Origin: Sarea resinae
Taxonomy: Eukaryota
NCBI GenBank assembly: GCA_026026165.1
Contig: JAPEUD010000034.1
Coordinates: forward strand, 124,001-188,000
Length of the DNA stretch: 64,000 nt
Reading direction: 5' to 3'
The notes beneath the pieces are model-generated. The model had not been told where the DNA came from. It saw only the letters and a list, made by a program, of their open reading frames with translations, and did not search any database. Within the stretch, counting starts at the first letter, position 1, and each line of letters begins with the position of its first letter. Made by a program: the position numbers and the translations under genes. Positions 23,851 to 36,159 of the stretch are shown here, one piece after another.

Positions 23851-25460
23851 CTACATCCAACGATTCCGAGCCGGTTCCCGGTACTTGACCTGCTCCGTGG
23901 CCCGATGCCTCTTCTCATTCTGAGCCTCGTGATAGCGCCGAATCATGTCTTGTACGCGCTCGAGGTTCGACACGGGCTCCCATGTGTTCTCGGACGACGG
24001 GTAGCCCGTCCATTTGATGAGATAATGGTGTTCGTGGCGGCCTTTGCTCAGGGCAACCATGCGGTCGTCGAGGATGGCTTCGATCTGGTATTCGCCTTTT
24101 TCTTTCTCATTTTCATCGTCGTCGCTTTCTTCTTCGTCATGAACTTTTTCTTCTTCTTCGTCGCTGTCTTCTTGATCCGAGTCGGGAATTATTTGGGGAA
24201 GCCTCGCTGGGCTTGGTTTAGCCAGAGGAATATGCGGAGTGCGTTGGACTTGGTGGTGTTTTCGAGGAGAGAAGAGAGCGCTAGAGGGCTTTCTACGGCG
24301 TTTGCGATAAGGCGGAGGGGTTTCTGTCTTGCGGGAAGTGGTGGTTGTAGCGTCTACGATGGAAGGTGTTGAGGAAATCTGGGCTTTGAGAGAATCCGAG
24401 AAGCGGCGACGCCTGCGTTGCTGGGGAGTATCGTGCGGATTGAAGATGTTGCTTGGTTTAACGGAGGGTGCCAGCTCTTCAGGATCGTCTGATCTAGGCC
24501 GACGTGGTGACGTAGACGTGGAAACGAAAGAGGCTGATTGTCTGGTCAGCGATGACCTAGTGGATGGGAAATTAGAAACGTACCAGAGCGAGGCGGCATC
24601 TCTCGGAGCCCGTATCCAAAGTTGCTGTTGAGAGCTGTTCTGGACGAGTTGCTCGATAGATGACCGTTGGCTAGGGAAGTTGGCGACCGAGACGACCAAG
24701 ACAAGCTGCTTCCATCTTCAACTTCGTCTAACACCCTGCTGAGCTTGCCGTCGACCGTCATTGCATCGACCAGGCGTCTTCGTTTAGGTGGTCGACCTAA
24801 GCGTATTCGAGCTTGCTCACCATGGCCACCACCACCGTCACCGTTGACAGCTAGCATAGGAGGAGCACCAGGAGCCTTCGTACATTTCCTCCGACCTTTT
24901 CCGAGCCTCTTCGCGTCCTCGATGGCAAACTGCTCGTTCTCGTAGTCCCGAAGCTGTCGTGCAGATATATGGTTGAGGACATCTTCTGGACCAACTTCCC
25001 TGTGAAAGACTCCGCTGGCTTGCTCTGTTCTTATGGAGTAAACGACGCGTCCGCCCTCGAGAGTACGCCTCGAAAGGATCGTAACCCGGGACGGTCCATC
25101 ATCGCTCGCAGAGTCTGCATCCGCGCCCGTGAAACGGATGGGTATGCTCTCAGTGCGCGGCGTATATTCTGGCTTTCGAGTCGTGCCTCTGGACTGTTTA
25201 GCTACCGTATTCGCGAATGGAAGGGGCGGTTTGAGCCGTGAATGCTCGGAAGTGATGCCGTGTCCCCTGCTGCGCAAAGGCGGAATCTCGACACGATCGA
25301 GCAGCAATCGAGTTGGAGGGCCCCCAGGCGACTCGGTCGGGTGATGGTGTCTCGCTGTTGCTATGGACGCCAGTTCAGAGGACGACAGCACCATGACTGC
25401 ATGGCGGGGAGGAGTCGACTGAGTTGCAGCTTGATGGGTGCGGGCCGAGACGGAGGACAC
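23851..25460 (-). CDS. Chromodomain-containing protein (C-terminal chromo domain); start codon uncertain
   Basis: Two ORFs joined in frame by intron 24534..24583 (GTACGT...GCTGAC...CAG). C-terminal YQIEAILD...YLIKWTGYPSSENTWEPVSNL. Confidence 0.8.
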
Positions 25461-26007
25461 ATGATATCCTCTGGCAACCGGGCAGTCATGGTTCCCTCGT
25501 CATCGCTGCATGGCTGGTTTGCGCGCGCAATTCACTGTTGTTGTCTGGCGGTCAAAGCCTCGCCCCAAGGAAGATTCCGTCCCCTTGGGCGCTTCGCGAC
25601 AGCTTCTCTGCTCTTCTCTTCTCTATTCGATGCTCAATGCCTCGATCGAGATGCCGTGCCACCGCCTGACGGGGTCTGCTTTACAGATAAGACTCGAGAC
25701 CGGTGAACGAGCGAATTCATCGCGCGATTCTCCGAGGAACTGACAGCGCTCTCGAACCCTGCGCCGCGCGTGTGCGCCTGTCGCGGGCGTCGGCGCGGTG
25801 CCACCAGTGGGTTACCCGGCGCCGCACAGGCCGCCAAGCCACCGCTCCGGCGACCTCAAGCCATCACGACGCAACTTTCACTTTCGCTTTCGCTTCCACG
25901 ACTCTCGACCTCACCTCGCTCACATCGACGCTCATCCTCGCACTCTCTCACACCCCAACTCCACTCCATCCTGCTGGACAACGATCTCTTCGACAGTCCA
26001 GGCAACG

Positions 26008-26883
26008 ATGCTAGCAACATCGACCATTTCTCCCCTCCGCGCCGCGGCCGCTCGCGGCTGCTGCAGGCTGCAGCCCGCCGTTGCTCTCCGCACGTCATAT
26101 GCGTATGCTGGAGCTGCACCGACGGCCGTCTCCACCACCACCACCACCTCGGCGGCGCAACCATGCCGGAAGCTCTCGCACAAGGCAGACTCGCCGCTCA
26201 GCAACGGCGGCAACAGCAGCCGAAGGGTGGCCAAAAGGGCCTTCTTTCAGCCCTCGCACACCCCGTTCGCCTTCCCAACCGCAAGCACCACGCGCGCGGC
26301 CTCCACCGCCTCCGCCTCGCCCGCGACATCTGCTTCCACCGCCTCTCCCGCGCACCTCGATTGGAACACATTCCTGCAGCTTCGCAAAGTCCGCCGACGG
26401 TATACGCTGGCGGCCTCGATTGCAACCTCGCTCGGCACGACGCTCATCGGGGTCCAATTCCTCTCCCACCAGGACATCGAGGCCTTGAGCGGCCAATTCT
26501 TCGGCCTGGACCCGTTCGTCGTGCTCGGCATCGCCACAGCCGTCTTTGGCGCCTCGGGCTGGCTGCTGGGACCCTTTTTTGGCGAGAGGCTGTTCTTGAC
26601 CGTGAACAAGAAATTCAAGCTCGAGATCGCGGCCGTGAGTCTCGTCAATCCCGTCATTTTCGGAACAGAGATGACATGAATTGATACTGACTGATCTCAT
26701 CAATGACAGAAAGAGAAAGAATTCTACAAGCGCATAAAGCGCTACCGGGTCGATCCGTCCTCGCAGTCCTTCTCCAACCCGGTGCCGGACTACTACGGTG
26801 AGAAGATTGGAAGTGTCAAGGAATACCGACAATGGCTCAAGGATCAGCGGGCGTACAACAAGAAGAGACAGCGGTTCCTGTGA
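26008..26883 (+). CDS. PAM17: Mitochondrial presequence translocase-associated motor subunit Pam17
   Basis: LDWNTFLQLRK, GLDPFVV, GWLLGP; intron 26635..26709; exon 2 KEKEFYKRIKRYRVDPSSQSFSNPVPDYYGEKIGSVKEYRQWLKDQRAYNKK. Confidence 0.95.
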
Positions 26884-27760
26884 GCGCGGCTGGGTATCTG
26901 TGGGCCTGAGGTGCAATATAATAGGATGGGATGGGATGACGTGGGTCCGAGGACATAAGATGTAAAGGCCCAGACGAGGTACATACGCCCGCAAATGGTG
27001 GCCCTTCGTTTCCATCTACACGTTTCACTTTCGCCTTGTTCTATTTGCTTACCTGCATCTCTTTCCATCTGCCTGGTCGGTCAGCTTCCTTACCGTGTCT
27101 CTTGTTTGTGATCCAAGGCGTTATCTGTCCTCTTCTATCTCGCTCGTGTAGAAATAAGATCAAGTGCACGCAACGTTATAATCCAGCAGAACATCCTCGC
27201 TCTTCTCCCTCCCGTCCCTTCTCCAGGACTCGTATTCCTCGTTTCACCTTCACGCTTCTGCCACGGACCAATCTACGACGAGGAGCCCTCGAGTCTCCGT
27301 TACCACGCAGTGAGAACATATGCAGATATTTGTTTTCTAATTTGAGGATTGATAGTACGCTCTAGCAGCACCACAAAGCAGACTGGCAAAGATGAAATAG
27401 GGATACCGTATGCATGCCGACCTCCTTCCCTCCCTTGAACGAAACGCTATCAATTTGGATCCTGGCAATCTGCATGCAGCCATTCACTGCTTTGGAATCA
27501 ATTTGGTCTCTCCGCTCCTTTCCCTCAAACCGAAGACATGCACATGCTTGAGATTGAACGCTCCGTGCCGACTGAAAATGCCACTTCTTGGATGCTAGCC
27601 TATGAAAACTCCTGAAGAAAAGCTAGGATGATGATCTGTTCAAGCTCCATCTGGTTGCTTCCATCCGCCTGTCACAACGTGAAGAAATATGAAAAGGACA
27701 ATGAGGGCACGATTAGCAACAAAGAAGACGTAGAGAAGAGAAGGGAGAGGCCTTCGGTCC

Positions 27761-30274
27761 CTACCAGGTTGACTCCACTGTTGCCTGGCGCTGCCATACG
27801 CCATTCCCGGGCCCGTCTCGCGTCTTCTTTTCATTGGCTAACACAGGGATAGCGGACCCTCCTTTGTTCTCAGTGCTGGACTTTTGGCCGGGCTGAGAAG
27901 CTGGATTGCCAATTTCCGAGCTGAGCTGCCTCCTTCTGATGATCTGTTTATCTCCGCGAGTGTCACCCTTATGATCAGGGTGTCCCTCCCGGTCAATTTG
28001 TCGCTGACCAGTCGGCTCTTCCTCTTCTATTTTTCTCTCGCCATCCGAGTTTCCGTTCCCGGTAGTGCGTCCCTCATCAGAGCATCCAACACCATCAGCG
28101 CGCCCCTTCAATTCGCAACCGCTACCCTCGATGAGAGTCCCACAAGGTAAGGCGCACGGATCGGGAGAGAAGTTGATTCGCGACCGGCAATAAGCTGGCG
28201 TCAACTTCAATATGGCGCGTGCCAAGACTGATGTCGCGACTGAAGAGAATCGCACTTCCAGGTCTCCGCTGAGCCCATCCTCTCTATGGTCAATAACATG
28301 GACTCCATAGTATTCGACGGGATGTAGTTTCTTTTTCAGCATGGCCACTGGAGCCTTTGATGGCAAGTCGTAGATTCTGAGGCAGCGTGAGTGGCCATGT
28401 TGCTCAATCCCATCTCTAATACATTGAGTGCTAGGCCACGTTGCAGTCTCCGCGAATGAGATCTGTGCCTGGGACCCCGCAAAAGTAATGCTATTGGTGG
28501 TGGCAAAGTCGATATAGTCAAGTGCGGCCGACTCTCGAAGGAAAGTGACCATCGCAGTTTGGGTGCCACAGATGACTTCGGTGCTTAAAAGCCTGGCGGA
28601 TACGACAAGTCCCCCACGTACCTTTTCGAGCACATCATGCAGAGCTACACCCGGTGGAATTTTCTGCATCATCACTGTACGAAACACGTCCGGATGATGA
28701 GCAAAAGGAAGGTATCGCACGCCGGAACAGGGAACGTCTTCGACCATATCAACGTCTGGGCAGTCGACCCATCGAAATTGTAGACGCCTTGGCTTCTCAA
28801 GAAATTCGTCAGACAACGAATCAGGACTGTCAGGATCTGCTTTGAACGTGGACAACGGCGATGTTTCCTGAGGAAAATGCTTGAGAGGCAAGCGTCCGCT
28901 TGGTGACCTAAATCCCTGTCGCGAGTTGTCCGGCTCGATGTTGGATGCCGAGGGCTTCTCAGATAAACTGTGAATAGCATCGGGTTGGGAATGCCGCGAT
29001 TTCGATTGGCCCATAGGTGATCCATCGTTCCGTGTCGGAATGCCAACCTGACCGTGAGCCGTCAAAGGATTGCTAGAAAAGCTACCACGAAACTCTTCAA
29101 AAGGATGTCGCAGAGGCGTCCTTTTGCTCGGCGATTCCGGTGACCATAGTGAGATGTCTAGTCCAGCTTGGACCACTGCAGGCCTCTCAGAAGGGTGCCG
29201 AGAACGGGGAGGCGACCGTTTTGGCGTCTGAGGCAGTTGTATGGAGCGCAAGCGTTCACCTATTTCCCGGCTGTTGCTCTCGAGGCCCACAAGTTCAGTA
29301 GTCTCCGTTTTCGGCTCCCTGAGATCCTCTGAGAAATGGTGAATATAGGTGCGAGAGTTTGAAGCTGCGGCAGCTCGTTGGTCGTTCAGCTCAGTGTTCG
29401 CTGGGTCGAGTTCCATTAAGGGGCTGGACTCCCACGTAACCACAGGGACGTCATCAAACAAACCCCTCAGCTCTTCTGGCACTCGCCTCGCAGCCTTTCG
29501 TGCCTTTTGGATGTTTCGAGAAAGCAGGATATTCTCATTTCCCGAGACCAAATCATGGTGCCCATCACTTGTCAGACTGTACGAGCTGCAATGGAGGGCT
29601 TCAATGCCTGGAAAATCCGACGAGTCGGTACTGAAGACATCGCTCTTCTTCATTGGACTGAGTGTAGCCCAAAGTGAGACGGGACTCGCCTCAGGGCTCA
29701 CGTAAATAAGGTCGCCACTGTCCTCAAAGCTTGATGACTTGGGTGTGTCAAACCGTTTCAGAGGCATAAATGCTTGAATCTGTGATGCCAAAGCTCGATT
29801 GGTCTGGAACTTTTGGAGCTTACTCTTCAATCTATGGTTCTCGTTCTTGAGAACAGCGACCTTTGACTGGAGATGCGAAATCTGGCGTATAGCTTTGCCG
29901 CTGTCTTTGGTATTGGCGGACTGAGAAAGTCTTCGAAGCAGGTAGTCATTTACTGTCCGTGCAGCCTGTCTCTCCTCTCGAGCCTTACGAAGGTCTTCCT
30001 CTAATGCAGCAGTCCGGCTCTCTAGTGTGGTGATGTATTCCTTTCGCATCGGGCTCGGCGTATGTGCTTGATTCCAATTAGGGTGATAGACGCCGGCTGG
30101 GAGCTGCTGAAAATTGCTAACAGGCCACTGAGGAGCAAACCCACTGTATTGATGTTGAGGATAGCTCGTGTTTGATATAATCTGCGGGCGGTAATCTAAG
30201 GCTTGAGGATTCATCCGCTTGTCTTGACAGTACGCCATAGATGATGAGACGAGGGCAGGTCTTCCGTCGGCCAT
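27761..30274 (-). CDS. Fungal protein with N-terminal coiled coil and C-terminal RRM-like domains (837 aa)
   Basis: Long ATG ORF with a heptad region near the N-terminus and RRM-like blocks RTVMMQKIP..VRGGLVVS..TAMVTF and SRCLRI..VRFSSV..DPCA. Confidence 0.7.
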   Translation of the reverse strand: MADGRPALVSSSMAYCQDKRMNPQALDYRPQIISNTSYPQHQYSGFAPQWPVSNFQQLPAGVYHPNWNQAHTPSPMRKEYITTLESRTAALEEDLRKAREERQAARTVNDYLLRRLSQSANTKDSGKAIRQISHLQSKVAVLKNENHRLKSKLQKFQTNRALASQIQAFMPLKRFDTPKSSSFEDSGDLIYVSPEASPVSLWATLSPMKKSDVFSTDSSDFPGIEALHCSSYSLTSDGHHDLVSGNENILLSRNIQKARKAARRVPEELRGLFDDVPVVTWESSPLMELDPANTELNDQRAAAASNSRTYIHHFSEDLREPKTETTELVGLESNSREIGERLRSIQLPQTPKRSPPRSRHPSERPAVVQAGLDISLWSPESPSKRTPLRHPFEEFRGSFSSNPLTAHGQVGIPTRNDGSPMGQSKSRHSQPDAIHSLSEKPSASNIEPDNSRQGFRSPSGRLPLKHFPQETSPLSTFKADPDSPDSLSDEFLEKPRRLQFRWVDCPDVDMVEDVPCSGVRYLPFAHHPDVFRTVMMQKIPPGVALHDVLEKVRGGLVVSARLLSTEVICGTQTAMVTFLRESAALDYIDFATTNSITFAGSQAQISFAETATWPSTQCIRDGIEQHGHSRCLRIYDLPSKAPVAMLKKKLHPVEYYGVHVIDHREDGLSGDLEVRFSSVATSVLARAILKLTPAYCRSRINFSPDPCALPCGTLIEGSGCELKGRADGVGCSDEGRTTGNGNSDGERKIEEEEPTGQRQIDREGHPDHKGDTRGDKQIIRRRQLSSEIGNPASQPGQKSSTENKGGSAIPVLANEKKTRDGPGNGVWQRQATVESTW

Positions 30275-31762
30275 AGTGGGGTGCGACAGCGCTTCAGAAA
30301 CAAGATCTGCCTTCAGGCCAACTCAGAAGGTAGCTTCCGAGAGCTTGAGAATTTGAGGCTAGTATCAGCATCAGCATTACCCAAATCTAGAAGGCTTCCC
30401 TTGGAGTGATACAAGAGCTTACTAAAGTTACCGGTGAGCTTTATGTGAAGAATATGATAGGAAGGTAGGTAGTGGGCGATGTTGATTTGTAAGATATCAC
30501 TGGCAAGGCCTTCGTACCTATGGTAAGGTAGACTCCCAGATGCGACTTGAGTCGAGACCAAAGAGATAGAAGGAGGATTCACTCGCAGATCACGTCTGAA
30601 GAGATAAAGCCTAGGACTAGGTTGGGTTTCGACGCATTGAGAAGATGAGGTGATGACTACCGATGACCCGAAAAGGCAGTCACGGTGAGGTATAAAGAAG
30701 CAAATCAGAAACGGTCGAGAGGTTGAACTTACCAACCTTCAACCTGGAATCCTCGAATGCCTGATGATGGTAAGCAAGGCAAGGGAAGATGAGAAGAGAT
30801 CTTCTACAATATAAGAGAGTGGATCGAGCGACGAGGATAGCCAAAGTCATCACCGACCTGCTCTGCAGATATTCCCTACAGTTCTGATATCTCCTGCTCT
30901 CTCATCCACCGCGAAGAGAATATTACAGAGAGACATCGGGAACCCTCTGAAGGGAACGCATACCGGCATCAGGGCCGGCCCCGTGGCCTATCTCTTTTCC
31001 GAAGGTGAACAGCGAGCGCCTTACGAGTCATACAACCAAAGTCAGGTTGCTTGAACATCCATCGCCCTCGACCGAGGCTTTGCAAGCTGTACGCACTGAT
31101 ACCCTCGTCCTTCCCATCCTCTTCACCACCCTAAGATACAGCAAAAAGTTCCACCATCAATGCCTGAACGCAAGACAGTCTCCAAGCTTCCCCTCATCGA
31201 AAGACAAGTGATTTCCCCCGCTCCCGTGACGTTCACCAGGTTCGGTCGATTGCGGCAGAAGAAACGATAGCGGGGGTGCCGCGGTAAGCAGATTGGGTAG
31301 GAGATGGATATACGCTTCGCTACATACCCTACGTACTTCATGTTTCGTCCCACGAGCTGTTCTTCGTATCTGGATGCAGCCGTGCGTCACTGTAGCAATC
31401 TTCTCTCTCAGAGTCCCTTATTGTGACGATCCCCCTACAGGAACGTCTTTGTCTGCGAAACGGACAAGGCCGACGGTACGCAGAGCCGAGAGGCTCATCA
31501 CGGTCGGCATTCTTCGGAGAAAAGGGTTCCAACATCTCAGACCGGCAAGTGCAGGGCCTCATCGAGGTGCTATGTAGAGCCAGGCACCCAACTAACGACG
31601 AAAGGAGAAGAGGCCACATATAATCCAGTCGGATGAAAGTGGATGCAGTCATGTTATGTTCGACTGCTGTATTCAAATTGACAGACATTTCAAGCCATGC
31701 TTTGACTCCACGAACCCACACAAAGCGCCGGCAATTCATGCTCCCCTGCTGATTTTATAATT

Positions 31763-32629
31763 TCAATGAACCCCAAACTCCATTTCGTCTCCGTTGTTGC
31801 TGTGCTCGGACCCATGTTTTTTCTTCCTCTTTTTCTTCCGCGGCTTCTTTCCCTCTTCGCCATCGTTTTCCACTTCGCCATCACCCTCCCTCTTCCTTTT
31901 TCTCTTTCTCTTTCTCTTTTTCTTTTTCTTCCTCGGCTCCTCACTCTCCTCGTCGGCTCCGCTCTTTTTCCTCTTCCTTGATTGGTTCTTTTTCCTCGAT
32001 TTCCCGGACTTGATCCTCGCATCATCGTCTGCAATGGCACTCCTCTCCCGCCCAGCCAACCCAACGACCAGATCCTCCTCATCCTCTCCCTCAACGAATA
32101 CTCCATCTCCTTCCCGCCCCAGAATCTCCCCCATGGCCTCCTCAAGCAAGATTCCCATCGCCAACAACGCCGTCTCATCCAGAGCTCCCCAATCCGCTTT
32201 AGCCTTCCCCCCAAACACGGTTGTGTAGAAATCGGACGCATAGCAATGCACGGCCTTGCACAATTCGCTATCGGGCAGGCGCTGCCCCTCAGGGACCGCG
32301 GCACTCTTCTGGAAGTAAACGTCGTCCTCTTCGTAGCGTATGGGGGCATTTTTGCGACGGAAGAGTACCTCTTCGGGCGGGACAGGTTTGCGCGAGGTGG
32401 AGAGCGTGTCCCGGTTTGACGATGGGACTGGATTGGCCGGGAGGAAGCGGTCGGAGATGATGCGTCCGGCTACGGCGTCGTAGATGTTTGAGATGCGGCG
32501 TTTGGGAGGCGCATCTTGAGTCGATGGTCGGGCCATCTCGGAGATGTTGGCATTGTCGGAGAGGATCTGGTGCTTGGGCGGTCGATTGACGACTGCAAGT
32601 GAAGACACCCGTGGACGGTTGGAAGACAT
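31763..32629 (-). CDS. Rrn10-like (Pol I upstream activation factor family) protein with Lys-rich tail; start may be 32536
   Basis: NIYDAVAGR, PPEEVLF, LPDSELCKAVHCYASDFY and LDETALLAMGILLEE blocks; NLS-like Lys/Arg runs. Confidence 0.65.
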   Translation of the reverse strand: MSSNRPRVSSLAVVNRPPKHQILSDNANISEMARPSTQDAPPKRRISNIYDAVAGRIISDRFLPANPVPSSNRDTLSTSRKPVPPEEVLFRRKNAPIRYEEDDVYFQKSAAVPEGQRLPDSELCKAVHCYASDFYTTVFGGKAKADWGALDETALLAMGILLEEAMGEILGREGDGVFVEGEDEEDLVVGLAGRERSAIADDDARIKSGKSRKKNQSRKRKKSGADEESEEPRKKKKKRKRKRKRKREGDGEVENDGEEGKKPRKKKRKKKHGSEHSNNGDEMEFGVH

Positions 32630-33984
32630 TTGGTTGCAGAGATACATGTAGCCTACCCCAGATTTCGCGTAAGTCCGATCCAGATACCTACTGTACTCCG
32701 AAGTACTCGTCCCATATGGATGTTTTGGATCTTCGATAGCCCGAGAGCATCCATGGATCCATTATCCATCGATGATCTGCCCTGCCCTCCACGGCAACAT
32801 CGCTACGACCAAAGAGGCCCCGAGATGCACGCCGTTGCCGGGTTCGTCATGCATCGGGTCAGACTGGTAGCCCGCAGCCAACTGATTCGTCTTGCGCGAG
32901 CGAGAGACGGATGCTATTCGCAGACTACGGGATTTTTACATGATAATGGAACTACGTCTCCATTTCGGTTGGAAGATTTCAGATACAGTCGGGCCTTTAC
33001 GAGGTGCGTACGGCGTCCTTCGTACATGAGCACGAAGCTTTGGTCATGTGCGACGCATCTTGGATGATCCGTTTCAGGGACGAGCCCGGATGAGTGCCAG
33101 CTGGCTCCTGATGGATTGTCTCTCCGGACGACACGACAAGTATCCCTCAGCTCGTGCGGATCTCATAAACGACCGTCGACGGCGCAGGCTGAGTATGGGG
33201 GCCAGGAGCAAAGTGGTGCGCACGTGCGGCTGTTATATCCATGGATCGAGGTGATATTGGACCTGCGGGCCTTGATATGCAGCGCAAGTAGTGCGATCCC
33301 ACGTCTGCGGTAATTGACTCGTGCGCTGTACAAGCGAGCATCAGCGTCCTATCGCTGCCAAATTCACCGCCCATGCCAGCAAAGCAACGATAGGGAGACG
33401 GTTCACCGAGTGACGCGATGAAGCACGCTTGAGAGCGAGAGTTGAACGGGCAAGATCTCACCTACCTGGGCCCACGGCCTGCGGAAGAACAAAGAACGGT
33501 CAAATGGGTGGGATTGCGCTCGAGAGACCCTCAGACTCTCGGACCCTCGTCTAGCTCTCTTCGCCCCCGCAACCCCGGTCGGCTATGGGTCGAAACCTGG
33601 AGAAATTACTACCTGTGGAGCTACTGGGTTGCTCGAATGCCATCAAATTCCATCGTTCCGTCGCATGACGTCCCGAGCGACAAGGACCACTCGCTCGCGA
33701 CCAGCCCGGATCTGTCGACCCATCTGTCTCCCTCCCTTTCGAACTTGCCTGAGGCGACAGCCATGTGCGCCACAGCAGCCAACGAAGACAAGACCGGGGA
33801 AACACAACCTTATCTCCTCCCCTTGCAGCGCTAATGTCCCAGTCCCCGCATTTTGTCCCCCGATCTTCATTCGGCCCCCAATGGAGGTTGCCATGTCCGA
33901 GACTGTGGCACCGGCACATATTTAATCCAACTTCCCACCTTCTTTCTAGCCAAAGTTTCTTGGGTTGCCACACTAGAGCTCAAC

Positions 33985-35724
33985 ATGGCACGTCATTTCA
34001 CCTCCAAAGCAGCAGAGGATGCTGGCGTCTCCTACGACGCCGAAAAGACCCTCGAGCCGGCCAAGTTCGAGCATGTGCCCATCGTCGATGGATCACTGCC
34101 GGATCCCGATGCTGGCTTGAGTGAGCAGGAGAGAGCACAGATCGTATTCTTCCTCAAGCTAGATGTTAGGGATACTACTAACACGATCAACAGGATAGGA
34201 AGCTCTTGTGGAAATTGGACGTGAAATTGATTCCTTGGGTACGTCGGCAAGCCAAAGGTCGAAAAAAGAGCCCCAATTGACAGGGCATTTTAGCTATGCC
34301 TGCTCTACCTCGCCTCGTTTCTCGACAGGACCAACATCGGAAACGCGAAGATCACTGGTCTAACGAAAGATCTCCACCTGACAGATGGGCAATACAACGC
34401 TTGCCTAAGCATATTTTTCGTCTCTTATTCGCTTTTCGAACCACTGACCAATGTCCTCCTCAAGCGTCTTCGGCCGCGCATTTTTATTCCATCGATCATA
34501 GTCGTCTGGGGCATCGTCATGGTCACCATGGGCTTGGTGCACGATTTTTCGGGGCTCATGGCGGCCCGGTTCTTCTTGGGTGTGGCGGAAGCCGGACTGT
34601 TCCCGGGAGTCAACTACTACCTGTCATGCTGGTATAAGCGGTCCGAGTTCGGGATCAGAGCAGCCTTTTTCTTTTCATCTGCTGCAATCGCTGGATCGTT
34701 TGGCGGTTTGCTTGCTGCGGCCATATCCAAGATGGAGGGCGTGGGCGGGAAGCATGGCTGGGCTTGGATCTTTGTGAGTGACCTCGTGATCTGCTTCCAG
34801 CGGCCTTGCCCTCCATCCTTGCCCTCCATCTTTGCTGCACGATAGCATCATGTTGATTTTGACACTAAACAGATACTTGAAGGCCTCGCCACTTTCTTGA
34901 TCGGCCTGGTCTCCTTCTTCATGGTCTACGACTTCCCTGATGAGGCACGCTTCCTTTCCGAAGAGGACCGTCTTCGGGTCATTCGTCGCCTCAAGCAGGA
35001 CCAACAGTCAAGTGCCGAACACGAATCCTTCAAGATGGCTTACTTCTGGGCTGCCTTGAAGGATTGGAAGACCTACCTCTCGATGGTCATCTACATGGGA
35101 GCAGACTGCCCTCTATACGCCTTCTCCCTATTTATTCCCACCATCATCAATGAACTGGGCTACACGTCAACAAGGGCACAGTTGCTCTCGGTTCCTCCGT
35201 ACGCTGCAGCAGCTGTTCTCACAATCATTGTCGGCTTCATCGCCGACCGCACCCGCCAGCGCGGCCTCTGCAATATCGCCGTCTCCTTTCTCGGAATCGC
35301 AGGCTTCGGCATGCTGATTGGAAGTTCTACGGCTGGGGTGCAATACGCGGGGACCTTTCTGGGCGCCATGGGCATCTATCCGTGCATCGCCAATACGATA
35401 GCCTGGGCAAGTAACAACACCGAGGGCGTGTACAAAAGGGGTGTCGTTCTGGGGTTTGTGATCGGTTGGGGCAACCTGAACGGCGTCGTCAGCAGCAACA
35501 TCTATCAATCCCGAGACAAGCCAAAGTACCGGCCCGGACATGGCGTGGTACTGGGATACATGATCGTCTTTTTGCTGGGCGGATCCATCGTCCAGGAAAT
35601 ATTATTACGTCGCGAAAATAAGCTGAGGCGATCCGGGAAACGCGATTCCTGGATCGAAGGGAAGACTGAGAGAGAGATTGAAATGCTCGGTGACAGGAGG
35701 CCTGATTTCTTGTATACGTTGTGA
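33985..35724 (+). CDS. MFS transporter, anion:cation symporter family (Tna1/Dal5-like)
   Basis: DRKLLWKLD, FLDRTNIGNAK, RFFLGVAEAGLFPG, WYKRSE, GWAWIF. Introns 34144..34193, 34239..34293 and 34774..34872. Confidence 0.92.
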
Positions 35725-36159
35725 CATTACCAATCGTGTGGTAGCATAATGTTTCCCTAGCTTTGAGAATTATAAGATAATATCAGAAGACATCTTTTCG
35801 CAGAACTACCTCTCGATTAAAAGTACCGTAGAGAGTCGCATTAATGATAGACGCGCCGCTTGGTGTTTCGTGTTCCGATCCATCTTTCGGCTCGCGTCTT
35901 CGACGGTCTGGAAGTTTTTCCAGCCCCTGCTGGTCCGAACGATGTAAAGGATTTTCCCGAACCAAAACATCATTCCGATCGACAAACGCCAAGCCTCCAC
36001 AGCTCTCCAGCTCTCAGCTCTCCAATCTTTCTTCTTGTCTCACTTTAATTATCATCTACTGAATCCTGACCATTGCATTACGAATGATCGAGGCATCCGA
36101 ACGGAATGATACTACGGACAATCTAACAATTAGCATCGCATCCGCCCATATCTGCCAAG

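Noticed and set aside
25770..27015. ~300-aa alternative-frame and antisense ORFs over PAM17
   Set aside because: Shadow ORFs expected from GC-rich coding sequence.
31005..31740. Small ORFs between the RRM-like and Rrn10-like genes
   Set aside because: No motifs and no convincing exon structure.
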